Shown here: positions 1 to 12,427 of the stretch, piece after piece
Numbering within the stretch: the first letter of the stretch is position 1
Layout: the number at the start of each line of letters is the position of its first letter
From: Rhynchobatus australiae
Lineage: Eukaryota
Assembly (NCBI GenBank): GCA_034780895.1
Contig: JAUZTB010000098.1
Location: 89,058,201-89,122,200, forward strand
Reading direction: 5' to 3'
DNA length: 64,000 bases
Position numbers and translations under genes: made by a program
The notes under the pieces: generated by a model
The model's input: the letters and a program-made list of their open reading frames with translations, nothing else
The model's database searches: none
What the model was told of the DNA's origin: nothing

Positions 1-280
1 GCAAACTCAAGATCAACAAACAAGAGGTGCGCCGCCAAGCGAGGACTTTAGTGCCTGCAACAAACGTGCCCGCACAGCTGTGTGGAAAGTACGTGCAGAT
101 TGTGGGAGCGCTTCTTTTTATTTATGTAGAAGAGCACAAGGTTATAGTAGCAGTGGGCGCACTGCAAAGGTCGGGTAAAATCGGGGTACCGACAGTCAAT
201 GATATAAAATTAATAGCAATTATTTTAACTATTTTGTGAATTCGAGTGACTCCTGAGCCATGCAAATGTGATAACATGTA

Positions 281-338
281 AAATATGGTATTTTACATAT
301 GGTATTGTTAAATATGGTAACAATATGGTATTGTTAAA
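281..338. repeat. Short degenerate tandem repeat (ATATGGTA x4)
   Basis: ATATGGTA occurs four times within 60 bp, twice as ATATGGTATTGTTAAA. Confidence 0.75.
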
Positions 339-1271
339 CCTTATTTTAACAATGTAATACGCTCTTACTGGTTATGATTCTGTCGGTGTTCTGTAACGAC
401 ATCTCATTAAGAAAATGCGCCCGAGTTGTAAATGACTCCTGGAAAATTAAGGCACTTTGACTGATTCCCGATGTGAAAAGAGGGCACCGCATTTGTGCTG
501 TCTGAACATACGACGTGTTCCACAGCATATTACGAAAAATATATGGAACTGTAGACACAGACAGAGAAGCCAAATAAAACGGAAAAGAATTCAGGAAACT
601 ACTGAAAAATGTAGAAAGACGTTTAAGAGAGCTCGCCCCGATGTTTAAGAGCATTAAGTCGAATGAATAGGATGAGTATGACTGTTGTTCAACATTAAAT
701 CAGTAATGTGGGACCAATTTGTTTAGGTACATTGGGAACGAGTTTTCAAACAGATCTTAGAAAGAATTCGTCTACTGCCAAAATAACTGATAAAGTCTGC
801 CAAGGGGGATATCTAGGATAGAGATTTTAGGAAAGTTTAGAATGATCAGCGTTGGATAACAGAATGTGAGACAATTTGGGATTACAATACTTTGCTGAAT
901 TCCATTGCACATTTCTCCTTTCAACCTTTTAAGTCATCCCCTTGATTTTTCTGTACATGAACGAATAGCCAAGATTGCAATAAATGAAGAAGATTCACAT
1001 AAACATTTTAATTTGTCAACAGTTCAACATGGAACAAGTTTCAGAAAAAGAAGTGTGCAGTTCACTTGTTGCACAACGTTGCTTATTTTTGAGGATAGAA
1101 TTTACTTGATGTACTAAAAAAGAGGAAAGGCATGGCTGTTTGGTTTCAACGTACTCCAGGAGCTAATAACCTCATCAGTTGAAATAAAAATAGCTAAAAT
1201 CTATTAACCCCTGCTGTAAATTGAAATGATAAATCAAATGAGAAAAGACCAAATAACGAATGATTTCTAAG

Positions 1272-1600
1272 ATAAAGACAGAAAATGCTGGCAATGCTCA
1301 GCAGATCAGGCAGCATCTGGAAGAGAAACAGAGTTAGCGTTTCGGGTTCATGCCCCTTCATGAGAACAGGGAAGAGAAAAAAGAAGCTCGTTCGGCTGCG
1401 GAGAAGATGGAGGGGAGCGGGGTTGTCTCTGATAGGGTGAAGCCAGGGTGACCATGGGGAGGGGGGTGTAAGCTGTAAGCATGGTTGTCTGATCAATGAG
1501 TGACTGGGAGCAATTAGAGAATGAGAACATCGATAAACAAAACTGACAAATGAATGTTGGAGTTGCAAAATACAGAACGGGAAGACATGCCCGGCAGCTC
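1272..1600 (-). mobile_element. Penelope-like element terminal fragment with degenerate hammerhead motif
   Basis: AATGCTGGCAATGCTCAGCAGATCAGGCAGCATCTG is the reverse complement of the PLE tail seen at about 21810 and 40670. The minus strand reads CTCATGA-AGGG...ACCC-GAAAC. Confidence 0.7.
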
Positions 1601-2747
1601 AGACAGGGAATGTCCTCCATTCACATAAAAAATAAAGATAAACAAAGGGAGGGCCTTTCGATATGGTCTACTTTAGAAAACTTGTTTAGTGAATACATGG
1701 GGAACAGATAAAGAGATTATTCAGAATATTTCATCATAATGCTAAGCATGATCCAGTCTTATACCAAGTCACTTCAAACCAAAGAACGCAAGCATTTGTA
1801 GCGAATGTGAAGCTAAAAGATGCACAAATATAAACACCCGTGGAGACAATTTGTTTTAGTAAGAATAAAACGCGACTTTCTTTCCACCAAATCAAAGAAC
1901 GATTATTTCATTAGTCCATCCACAATGGCACCTATTGCAAATGATATTCTAGTTCCAGGGACCAAATCATCCAACAAGTTTGCTTAGAACATAAAATGTA
2001 CGTATAGATAAGGATGAGCAGTTTGAAAACTATTGTGGCGGATTGTTATTAGCATTAGATTTTATATCTGCAAATCGAATTCACCCGAGCGCACACGCCG
2101 ATGGGATGCATTTGCTCCACATCCGTACCTTGTATAAATAGTCATCAAGCACTTTAACTTCCCAATGATTCCAAGGTCCTGAACACGTAGTTCGAACTTA
2201 TTATACTGTTGTTCGTTTTGACAGCAGAAAAGCAAAACAAAAATAAATAACTGGAATATGATTAGTAGAGCATTACGAATTTAAGTTAGTTATAGTAGAT
2301 TGGGAGTTAACCGCAACTGCGATGAAGGGAACTGCCGCTACGCTTGTATTATATGCAACTTGAGGTTCATTTAATCATAATGTAAACACCGGAGTTGCCT
2401 GTATTTATCACGAACAACTTACAAAAGAAGCAAGTAATTGCAATGTTTAGGTGATACGTTAAAAGAACACTGGACTACAAACCATGCAACGCTTGGCAGA
2501 TCAACAAGAAAAATCCAGTACAGGTGTATTTAGGATTACATATTTACTTTGTATTTGACCGCTAAACTACGCCCTCTTTCATGAAAGTAACAGGCGTTTA
2601 TTTGTCTTTGAGTGCTAAGTTTACTGAGAAAACGATCTGTGGCTTATTTAGAGTCTATTTATGTTGCAAATATCGCGCAAGAATAATCAGCGTCAGCGTG
2701 ACTGATTTATTACAATTTCTCAAAATATGACATGGACCCGTCATCCT

Positions 2748-2974
2748 TACCGGATTGATCGAGCGCATATACTTGGGAAACTTCTTGAGCGTTACGGTAT
2801 CATAATACCAGTACCCCGGTACCAATGCGATCGAGTGCGCATATACTCGGGAATGGTCTTTATCATTATAGTGCTATAACATCAGTAACCCAACACTAAT
2901 GTGATCGAGAGCGCATATACTTGGGAAATGTCTTTGGCCTTATAGTGCTATAACATCAGCACCTCAGCACTAAT
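2748..2974. repeat. Minisatellite, 3 diverged copies of a ~72-74 bp unit
   Basis: The core GATCGAG(NG)CGCATATACTYGGGAA recurs at about 2757, 2829 and 2903. TTATAGTGCTATAACATCAG is shared by copies 2 and 3. Confidence 0.9.
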
Positions 2975-3649
2975 TAATAAAAACCAAATTAATTTGCAAA
3001 TCAGTTGCACCAGGTGCCATTTAACGCAGAAAACAACCTCCCATTAAAGCGTTTATTTTCCTGTGTCTCTTTATTGGCCATTCGTAAATCATCCAGATTG
3101 TTATTGTTTGATCAAACAATGTAGAAATTGCGATATTGACTTTCATTTCCAACTGGACTTTTCCTCTCTGCGCTTCTCTTGTTTAGTCAAAGACAAGTAT
3201 CTCTGGAGGATGCGGAACAACGTAATAAACATTGCTCAGATGCAATGCTGGTCTCCACATTGCCATCAGTGATCGGGAGAGTTGAGTGAGTCGGAGAGAT
3301 TGGAGTGAAATCGCATTCGCTCCTTGGTTCCCCCATTCGAAATGACCTGCTTAAATATGTAGCATTAACAATGAAATAAGAACTTTACCAAAGCGTTCAC
3401 ACGTGTACATGTTTGTATATACCCTTTTCCATATGAATGCAAGTATTTACAAGACATCCCGCACTACATGACAGCTGTAGAAATGGATTTGGGAATTCCG
3501 AGGAGGTTGGACTGAATCTGCTATTTTTTAAATGCTTGTGAGTTGTTAGGGGAGTATGCATTGGAGCTACGGCTGTGCTGAAAGATTTTTTGCCCAAATT
3601 TTGTTTTTCCATTTTGTTTTGACAGCGATCCGTGACAGGGTTACATTTC

Positions 3650-3790
3650 AACTGGAGCTGCATAAAAGTCTCGTGGTGAGACAGTGCACGGATATCTCTG
3701 CAGTCTGTCAATATGCACACCACCGCCAACCGAGGAAGGTAATTTACTTGAGAATGCAGAGGAAACAGATTGGACAGTGGCTGAGGGTAA
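3650..3790 (+). mobile_element. Highly decayed CR1-like RT fragment
   Basis: CTGGAGCTGCATAAAAGTCTCGTGGTGAGAC...AGGAAGG...TGCAGAGGA parallels the CR1 segment at 52906-53030 in this window. Confidence 0.4.
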
Positions 3791-6700
3791 ATGCCAAACT
3801 TGTTTTTGACAAAAAAAACGCAATACCATTCTTGAATATGAATATATAAACGAGTCCAAATATTATATAGATTTTTCTGTACTCTCTTCCAGATAAATGT
3901 AAGTATTTTCAGGATAGCCCTAAATACAAGTCGTATTACCATTACACCAGCGGCAATGCTCACACACGTTATGTTCACTCGGACTTTACTATCACTGACC
4001 CGTCAGGCCATGAATAAGTGATGACACTGGGCAATTGAAACAGAAAGAGATGCTTGTGCTGTCAAATGCTTTCCGTTTCCACAAGTGGCGAAAGGATGAA
4101 AGTGGCCAGATAAGAGTCAGTGCTTGGTCGGACCATTCATTGATTGATGCAGCAGATATGAGCAAGGAGCTGGTCCCAAGTTGTTTGAAAGCTGGTGACA
4201 ACCTTTACTGCCAGCTCTCGGGCGATTCNNNNNNNNNNTGAGATAACTTGTCTGAATTGTGCGTCGCACAAAGGAAGCTCTCGTCGTCTAATAGGGAGAT
4301 AGTTCGTTTGTGAAGTAATTAATTGGTACACCTTTGACATAAAAGAAACACGAGTCATCAGCAACCGTTTATTCAATAAAAAGGCAATAGTCCATTGGAC
4401 ACCCAGAAACCCTACAGAGATTTCGGGAAGGACGGTTAGGGTCTTGATTTTTCTTTACTTGGTCATTTCCATTTGCCGAAAAGCACGCCGAATTTAATCA
4501 AAGAAGTAAAACTCCGTGCATCGTAAAAATCATTTTAGTAGAAGAGGAGACTTAAACATCTTGCACCTCTGAATTCTAATACTGCCCAGTTTTAAGATAT
4601 TGCGTGCAATAACATGCGCAGATACCTTCCTCACCAATAGGTGGGCCTTTCTGGGACTTTCGTAAAAATATTTTACTATTGAACTAGTCGCAAAAGCGCT
4701 TCCTTCTAACATCAAATTTCATTCTTCAGACAATTTGAAACTAACGCTAATCGTCAATTAATAAGATTCACTGTTTTGGATAAAATGCAAGCCCGTGTCT
4801 GTGAAGTGATGCGTTTCCTTAATCTTAGCTTTATATAAGCACCAAAAGGATTGACGTTATTGTTTCCATTCAAAATAATTTCAGTGTAATTCTTCCCAGA
4901 CAATACGGCTTGCAAACGTCCGTGTTTATGTTTTGTCTAACTTGTGCGGGTCAGAATCTGATCCGAAGAGTTTAGGGTTCGACTCAAGCTGAAATGCAAC
5001 AACACTCGTGAAAGGAAACACAAAAAAAACGAACTTAACGATTATCACCAATTTATTTGCGCCTTCGTTTAACTTGGACAAAGATAACTACTTTAAATCG
5101 TTTATTCCATATCAATATAAGATACAAGTATATAGTGCATTATAAAAGTACTAAGAAGCACAACTCAATAGGGAAGATGGGTTAATTTTCCGACATGTTG
5201 TTGGAGATAGTTGAACTATGGCTTCTGGAAACGTTTTTTTCTTTCTAAAGCAAGTGAGCTGAGGGACCACCAGATCTTCAATAAAACATTCATATCAAAC
5301 CAACAAAATGTACACATATTGAACATCATTAATCTCCAGATAAGCAAAACAAAGTTATTTAGTCTTGTCTGCGCAGTGATGTGAAACATGGCAGCTGGTC
5401 GTGAACTTTAAGGTATCCGTATGCGAGTTGTCTGGTCGTTAAAGAACAATTTTCATATTTAGTCATCGATTAGTTTCCTTTAAACGAATCTTCAGAAAGC
5501 AATAAAAAGTGAATAAAAGATTACGCGTTTGGAGTTGAGTGCACCCTTTCATTACATTGTGGAATCTGAAAAAAAGTTTGAAGTTGTTGAAGGTGTTGCT
5601 AGAGGTGCAAGCGACCGGCGCTGCAATTCTGTAAAGGATCACAAAGGAAATATTAATCAATTCTAGCTTGACCATACGTCAAATATGCTTACGTCTATCA
5701 ATAAAAAAGTGAATGGGGGTTTTAATACACAGTTATGTTTTCATATACACATTACAACTAATATATAACCATAAGGTACAAAAGCCCTACAGGAAAATGC
5801 TCCACTNNNNNNNNNNNNNNNNNNNNNNNNNNNNNNNNNNNNNNNNNNNNNNNNNNNNNNNNNNNNNNNNNNNNNNNNNNNNNNNNNNNNNNNNNNNNNN
5901 NNNNNNAGCTATTAACCAAAACAAAACGGTTAGCTGTCGGTTCTGTGAGAGAATTTGTAGTTTCATTTAGCAGAATATAGTGACTAGAAGGTGTGTTATT
6001 TCTACTAATGCAAGTTTTGTTGCCTGAATGCAGGTACAATCGAGCCATTTTGCGTAAATCCCTGCAAATGCTGGCTGCGCTGGAGAGGAAGCTGTCGACG
6101 CCTGCTAAGTTAATTTTGCTTTTCTTTGTCTAATTATTGTAGCGCTCAGGGGGGAAAGTTGCCTGCAGGACTGGAGCAGTAAACTGACACCGACTCTCTG
6201 TGTGTGGTACAGGCAAAGTTTGATGGAAAAGGCCTGCTTCCACTCATGTCAAAGTTAGTTATCCAGAACAATACCCCATACACGCAGGTCTCATCCAATA
6301 CAACCTTTTACAACAGGGCCAACTCCCACCAACTACTCCTCCCCTCCCACCCCCACCCCCCCGCCACCTCCATAATTCACTCTCTCTCTCTGTAGCTACG
6401 CTTTTTGCTCCCTCTTCTCTCTAATCTCTTCGTCCTTTCTCCACTTTCATTTAACCACTCTCTGATATCGCTTACATCTTTCGATCTCCAATATTGCTCT
6501 TCAGCGAAGCCAGAAATTTAAAATCCTGTACTCCGCATTACTTTCACGGTTATTTTTTGTCGATACTTACAGCAATCGTACCAGGGTGATAAATTAAAAG
6601 CAAACATTTTCTGTGAAACGATTTTTTGTGAATCAATCCTGTTCATTACAATAATCTAATTATGTTTATGATATTTTTAGGAAAAATGTATTAGTTCAGC

Positions 6701-7200
6701 AGTGGCATGTTGTTCGTACATTCGATTGAGATCGCTACATGTTTTAATCCAAAATTGAATACGATAAAATGATGTAATATGTCCGTACCTTCCATGGAAT
6801 ACAGAAATTCATATTTGTAACTATGTTTTACACCTCGTTTTGAAATCTAATTTTTATCTTTGCCCTTCTCCCTTTAATAAAAATTAAGCTGACATTGATA
6901 TACCAGGTCATTTGGCAAAACAAATACTTGAGCAAAGTATAATGCTGAATATAAATTTGCAATTAAAATCAATTCAGAAATAAAATCAATTATCAAATTG
7001 AACACGGTTGCTGAGAATGCTTGGGCGTTTGAACAGAATGCAGGTTATGTGAACTTGGGAGCAAAGGGAATGTTTGTGTGCATGCGAACGTCCCAGTACG
7101 TCAGCAAGTTTGCTTTGTGAATGCGAGTGTCAATGTGGTGGTGTGTATGCGTCCGTGGCTGTGCTTTGTCAATATATGTGAGAGCCTGAGAAGTGTTATG

Positions 7201-7310
7201 TGGATATGTGGGATATGTGGGAGGAAGGGGTTAGATAGTCTTAGGTGTGGTTTGAAGGTCGGCACAACATGGCGGGCCGAAGGGCCTGTACTGTGCTGTG
7301 TTGTTCTATG
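7201..7310 (+). mobile_element. CR1 LINE 3' tail
   Basis: GGTCGGCACAACATGGCGGGCCGAAGGGCCTGTACTGTGCTG...TTCTATG is nearly identical to the tail at 63608-63712. Confidence 0.85.
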
Positions 7311-8094
7311 GTGTTTGGGGATCAATGAAAAACAAAACATGTTGCGCCACTCTTGCTTCGGTGTCTTCGAAATGATTTGCATATTAACTGTAGAAGACAA
7401 CTGAAATTTGCATTTACTGATTGCCGAGGAAAGAATGTATTGTGGTAATTGATCAAAGGTGGATAACAAAAATAGCGGACCAAGATATTCGTAATTTTCA
7501 TAATTTTGTGCTTGTTTCCCTTCTTTTGAAACCTTGTTACATAATAATGTGACGTTGGCCCCACGAAATTACTATTTTTAACAAGGCTGTAAAATGATTT
7601 ATTAGAATTAACACTGAATCTTTACTATGCCAATTCCATACAAGGTGAATCTCGAACCAATTACGCAGACATTGGCCCTTAACAGAGAAAGAGAGAGATC
7701 AGAGTAGCAAAATGCAAAATTAAAGTCAAGGGNNNNNNNNNNNNNNNNNNNNNNNNNNNNNNNNNNNNNNNNNNNNNNNNNNNNNNNNNNNNNNNNNNNN
7801 NNNNNNNNNNNNNNNNNNNNNNNNNNNNNNNNNNNNNNNNNNNNNNNNNNNNNNNNNNNNNNNNNNNNNNNNNNNNNNNNNNNNNNNNNNNNNNNNNNNN
7901 NNNNNNNNNNNNNNNNNNNNNNNNNNNNNNNNNNNNNNNNNNNNNNNNNNNNNNNNNNNNNNNNNNNNNNNNNNNNNNNNNNNNNNNNNNNNNNNNNNNN
8001 NNNNNNNNNNNNNNNNNNNNNNNNNNNNNNNNNNNNNNNNNNNNNNNNNNNNNNNNNNNNNNNNNNNNNNNNNNNNNNNNNNNNNNNNNNNNNN

Positions 8095-8752
8095 TGGAGT
8101 GTGCTCAATGGACGTCTGGAATCTAGTTTCATTCGGGAGGAGGAGGCTTAGAGAAGAGACTTACTCAGTGATAGGTGGCCAGGTTTTCTTTGGCTGCAAC
8201 AGCCACTGCGGGGAGAAGCGGAGAGGGGGGAGGGGGAGGAGGTGGGGGGCGTACAGTGGGATCTCTCTGCGCTTCCTCTTCTTAAAGGGCTTGGTATTAG
8301 GATGGCCACCAGGTGGAGGACGGAGCAGTGATCTCGGGGCCACTGAACTGCTGCCAGGAATCAGAGCGTATTTTTTTAAGTTTCCTAGAAGGGAACATAA
8401 GCGAACGTCGGCACATGAACCAGTCGCCACCTCAAAGGAAAGGCCTGTGTGGAGCATGCAAGCATACCTCGAGAATAAGGCGAATCTGAAACTGAATCGT
8501 CCATATCTGCAGCCGTTCGAGCGTGAGGAGCGAGGCTTCCAGAAATGAAGCGACTCTGTGCAGCCGATTAAATAGGAGTCTTGTGTTTTGACGTATTTCC
8601 AGTGGAATAAATGTCCTGCGGTCCAGTTAAATTAAATAGGGCGTAGCGTCTACAGCAATCATTATTAGAGAAAAAGAAAGACTTTATTTCTTTACCCCCC
8701 ACCCGCCCAACAACACTCTCCGGATTACATACTTTTCCTTTAAAAGAAAGAG
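8095..8752 (+). promoter_or_regulatory. FOXF2: FOXF2 proximal promoter / 5' UTR region
   Basis: GC- and CpG-richer segment directly upstream of the ATG. It has a G-run tract (8225-8250), TTAAATAGG TATA-like words near 8568 and 8632, and a CCCACCCGCCC Sp/KLF-like box near 8698. The TSS cannot be determined, and there is a gap upstream. Confidence 0.6.
8303..8319 (+). promoter_or_regulatory. CTCF-like motif (forward)
   Basis: TGGCCACCAGGTGGAGG closely matches the CTCF core TGGCCACCAGG(G/T)GGCGC. Confidence 0.5.
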
Positions 8753-9734
8753 ATGACGACTGAGAGCCCGCAGCAGCATCTGGATCCGCAGGCGTCCATA
8801 AGGTCCAGCCCGGTTCCCGGAGTGTTGAAATCGGCCTTGATCAACCAACAGTCCCCGGCCATGGAAACGTCCGCCTTGGCCAAAGTCAAGAAGACCAACG
8901 GTGGATTGCGGCGGCCGGAGAAGCCTCCTTATTCTTACATCGCTTTGATCGTAATGGCTATTCAGAGTTCCCCGACCAAGAGGCTCACTCTGAGTGAGAT
9001 CTATCAGTTCCTTCAGACCAGATTCCCCTTCTTCCGAGGGTCTTACCAGGGGTGGAAGAACTCGGTGCGCCACAATCTGTCACTGAACGAGTGCTTCATC
9101 AAATTGCCCAAGGGGCTTGGCAGGCCCGGGAAGGGACATTACTGGACCATTGACCCTGCTAGTGAATTCATGTTTGAGGAAGGCTCCTTTCGGCGTAGAC
9201 CCAGAGGGTTCCGTAGGAAATGCCAGACACTCAAACCCATGTATAGGATGATGAATGGCTTGGGGTTTGGTCCCTCTATTATCCCCCAGACCTTCGACTT
9301 CCAGAGTCCCGCGGCTTCACTGTCCTGCCATGCCAACGGTTACAATCTGGAGAACAGCCTCAGCATGATGAGCAACTCCTTATCAGGGAACTACGATGGA
9401 CTCAGCAGTGGGCACCACGTCCCTCACATGTCCCCCAACCCTGGCTCGACTTACATGGCCAGCTGCCCGGCGTCTTCCGGTGGGGAATATGGTCCCGATA
9501 GCAGCAGTAGCCCGGTGCCATCCTCCCCCGCCGTGGCCAGTGCTTTGGAATGCCATTCCCCATACTCGGCCTCAGCTGCCCCTTGGTCATCCTCAGGAGG
9601 ATCCCCGTACATTAAGCAGCAGAGCCTGGGCCCCATCAACTCTGTCCCTTCCAGCCTTCACTCCAGCATGTCTTCCTACTCGCTGGAGCAGAGTTACCTG
9701 CACCAAAACACAAGGGACCCCGCAGAAATCACAG
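8753..9734 (+). CDS. FOXF2: Forkhead box protein F2, coding exon 1 (N-terminus, forkhead domain, Ser-rich region)
   Basis: The ORF has a complete forkhead domain ([19 protein letters not shown]...[28 protein letters not shown]). The N-terminus MTTE...SPVPG and the motifs [33 protein letters not shown] and [18 protein letters not shown] match FOXF2 rather than FOXF1. Splice donor CAG|GTATAA at 9734/9735, phase 1. Confidence 0.96.
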
Positions 9735-12263
9735 GTATAATATTTGTCTGTTTCCTATTGGAAAAAAAAAGCATCTTTTGTTTTCCGCATTAATCTAGCA
9801 CGTAAAACAAAATATTAGTTGTTACTTTGAAATGCAATTGTTATTTTCTATTGTGAAGTTCGACAATATTCTAAATTAGCTGACAGAGAACCAAAGATTG
9901 AAATGTTGCAATGTTGTGCGTGAATGCAGGTCAAACCAAAACACACACGAATTTTGGTTATATTATTGTTTTTTCTCTATGAGAAACACAACAGCTCTTT
10001 GCAAAACATTGCGGTCTGACTTCTGAAGAGCAAACGGTCAAAGTGTAATTAATAAAGGGCTTCCTATTAAAATCTGAGGGCAACGAACGGAAATGGGCAG
10101 TTTAGACTTAAGGAGCGAAATTTAAAATTCATAACAGATTTTCAAATATTCATTTTAGTTGAATAACATTAAAGAGACAGTATGTAAATGCGACCCACAA
10201 TTAAAGAACTGAAAGTAATAACAGTAAATGTTCTAAGTACACTGAAGGATGAGTTAGTATCATGGCGTGATTCATGATAAGTTTTATTATTTAAAGTATC
10301 AGTTCTTGCAAAGCATTATGTAATTTTGTTCTGAAGAGATTAAAATATTTTTTAAAAAATACATTATAAATGTATTGTAATTCAAATACAGCATATCTTT
10401 GATAAAGCACCAATTGATGGTGTTATAAAAAGTATACTTTAATAGATTTAAAACCTAAATCTAAAGCACGCTACAAACCCATGTATCCCTGTGCGGAGAA
10501 GGCTACAACAGCTTTGTTTAATTTCTTTTCCATGCATAACACCAATTTAAGCGGTAAAAAGCTTATCTTATCTAGGCTTATCTCGTATCATTCTATCACA
10601 CCACCTTCCTGCCCCTTTTAAATTTCTGCTGAAATGGCGAAATAGAAAAATAACAACGTCTACAAGATGTATAGGAACCGTGGAGACTTGAGGCAGAACT
10701 CTCCAAACAGTCGCTGAAAATGTGGGTCGGGGAGGTTAACTAAACAAAGACAGTCGCGGCCGGACCACACTGAAGAGGATTTTAGCTTGACTTAACCCAG
10801 ATGAGAGCTGATGCTGTTAAAAATGTTCTGGGAACTGCTGGTCGGCAACTGCCAACAAAAAGACATCTGTATCGGCTCCATTCATTCTCGGTCCGAGCAA
10901 AAATTGTGCTGTGTGTTTTTTTATATGCCTTTGATTTCGCAATGTCTTGGACTATTAAAAAGACAGACAAAACGTGAAACGACGGCCCTGGAAAATAAAC
11001 AGTAGCCGAAACTAGTAATCGGCACAGAAGGAAACTAGTAGTCTCTCCGGAGTTAGGCAGAGGAGACATACAGGTTGTCCGGTGCGTTAATATTTTTGTG
11101 CCACTTAGGTTCAACTCTACAACCTAGAATTCAAATAATACCTATTATAATCACACTTATTACAGCATGCTTGAGTATAATTTTAAAATAATGACTGCCA
11201 AAATGTTATAATAGATACTGACAGCTTTATTCGAAGTTAGCATAGAATATTAACACACCCGATCTCGTAAAGCCTGTAATATAATATGCAATACCGTCGG
11301 CTCATTAATTAATGACAATCTGAATTATTATTTTAAGATGTCATGGAAACTGGGTAGTATCTTGAAAGGTAGAATCTGGTTCAAACGGAAAATAGCTGGG
11401 TTTCCGTTTCAGTACTAGTTGATTATGTACCTTCTGACTGAGAAAATATACAAATCTGGAATGAAGAATATGGATGCTTGATGTGTTTTCAGAACTTGCT
11501 GGGAGAAAAGTTTAACTCGGTTGTATATTATTATTTAGCACAATAAAATGATTTCAGGTAAAATGAAAAATGTTGATTTGTGGCACGAACCTTTTCTCCT
11601 CAGTGTAAAACAATGTCTCGTTTGGGTTTATCTTTGAAATACAAAGGAGCTGCATCTTGAGAACGGGTCCCACTCAATCTCATTGGAAACAAAACATAAC
11701 ATTCACCAATCATGGCTCCCAGTGAATTTGGTTCTTGAAATGAAGAAGTCTTCTGGGGATTTAAATAATTAGAGTAGGATACTGAATCAAACAATGTACC
11801 TTTACAATTTGAGGTATTCGGGGTAAGGACGGTGTTTAACCAGATTAAGAATTCTAGGCTCAAATAGGAAGCGTGGTATTCAATATTTGTCTGAGGTCTC
11901 TAACCAGAAGAATGAGATCAAATATTATCTTTTTACAGTGGAGCAGATTTCAGCGCAAACGCACATGTGGATTTAACATCTGGGAAACAACTGTCATCTC
12001 CTTGAACGACTGGCAGGGTCCCACAAAAGAATTCATTGTTGCCGAGAATCCTAATGTTCCCCCAGTGTTAAAAAAAACGCACACAATCAATTAGCGTGCA
12101 GTGAATTGTGGGGAATAATAAATACATATCTATAGTTTCTATACATCTATAATTAAATATTAAACATGCTAGCTGAAAGTGATTGAAATACAGAAGGCAA
12201 TCAATATTGTTGAAATAAGCTATTTATTTGCAATAGGTGATAATTCACTCTTTACCGTTTCAG
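9735..12263 (+). other. FOXF2: FOXF2 single GT-AG intron (2529 bp)
   Basis: Canonical GT...AG ends with a pyrimidine tract. The position just before the GLPRY motif is the conserved FoxF intron position. Confidence 0.93.
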
Positions 12264-12427
12264 TGGGCCTACCTCGCTATCAGACTCACTCGTCGCCCGT
12301 GTGTGACAGAAAAGATTTTGTGCTCAATTTCAATGGGATTTCATCTTTCCATCCCTCGGCCAGTGGATCATACTACCATCACCACCATCAGAGCGTGTGC
12401 CAGGACATCAAACCTTGTGTTATGTGA
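12264..12427 (+). CDS. FOXF2: FOXF2 coding exon 2 (C-terminal activation region)
   Basis: Acceptor ctctttaccgtttcAG ends at 12263, and G|TG restores Val in frame. The exon encodes [54 protein letters not shown], the typical FOXF2 C-terminus. Total CDS is 982+164=1146 nt (381 aa plus stop). Confidence 0.96.

Noticed and set aside
2748-2974. Conserved core with variable spacers, superficially CRISPR-like
   Set aside because: This is vertebrate DNA with no cas genes, and the 'spacers' are homologous to each other, so it is a minisatellite.
3397-4241. ORFs 3397-3978(-), 3556-3849(+) and 4035-4241(+) as a possible upstream gene
   Set aside because: They have no recognisable domain or coherent exon chain, and part of the region looks like a decayed CR1 fragment.
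8684-9740. Antisense and alternative-frame ORFs overlapping FOXF2 (8684-9073-, 9139-9336-, 9396-9740+ and others)
   Set aside because: These are shadow ORFs expected in GC-rich coding sequence, with no independent protein features.
9735-9793. The ORF track extends FOXF2 exon 1 to 9793 ([19 protein letters not shown])
   Set aside because: This is read-through into the intron. A good donor at 9735 and the conserved exon 2 give the real C-terminus.
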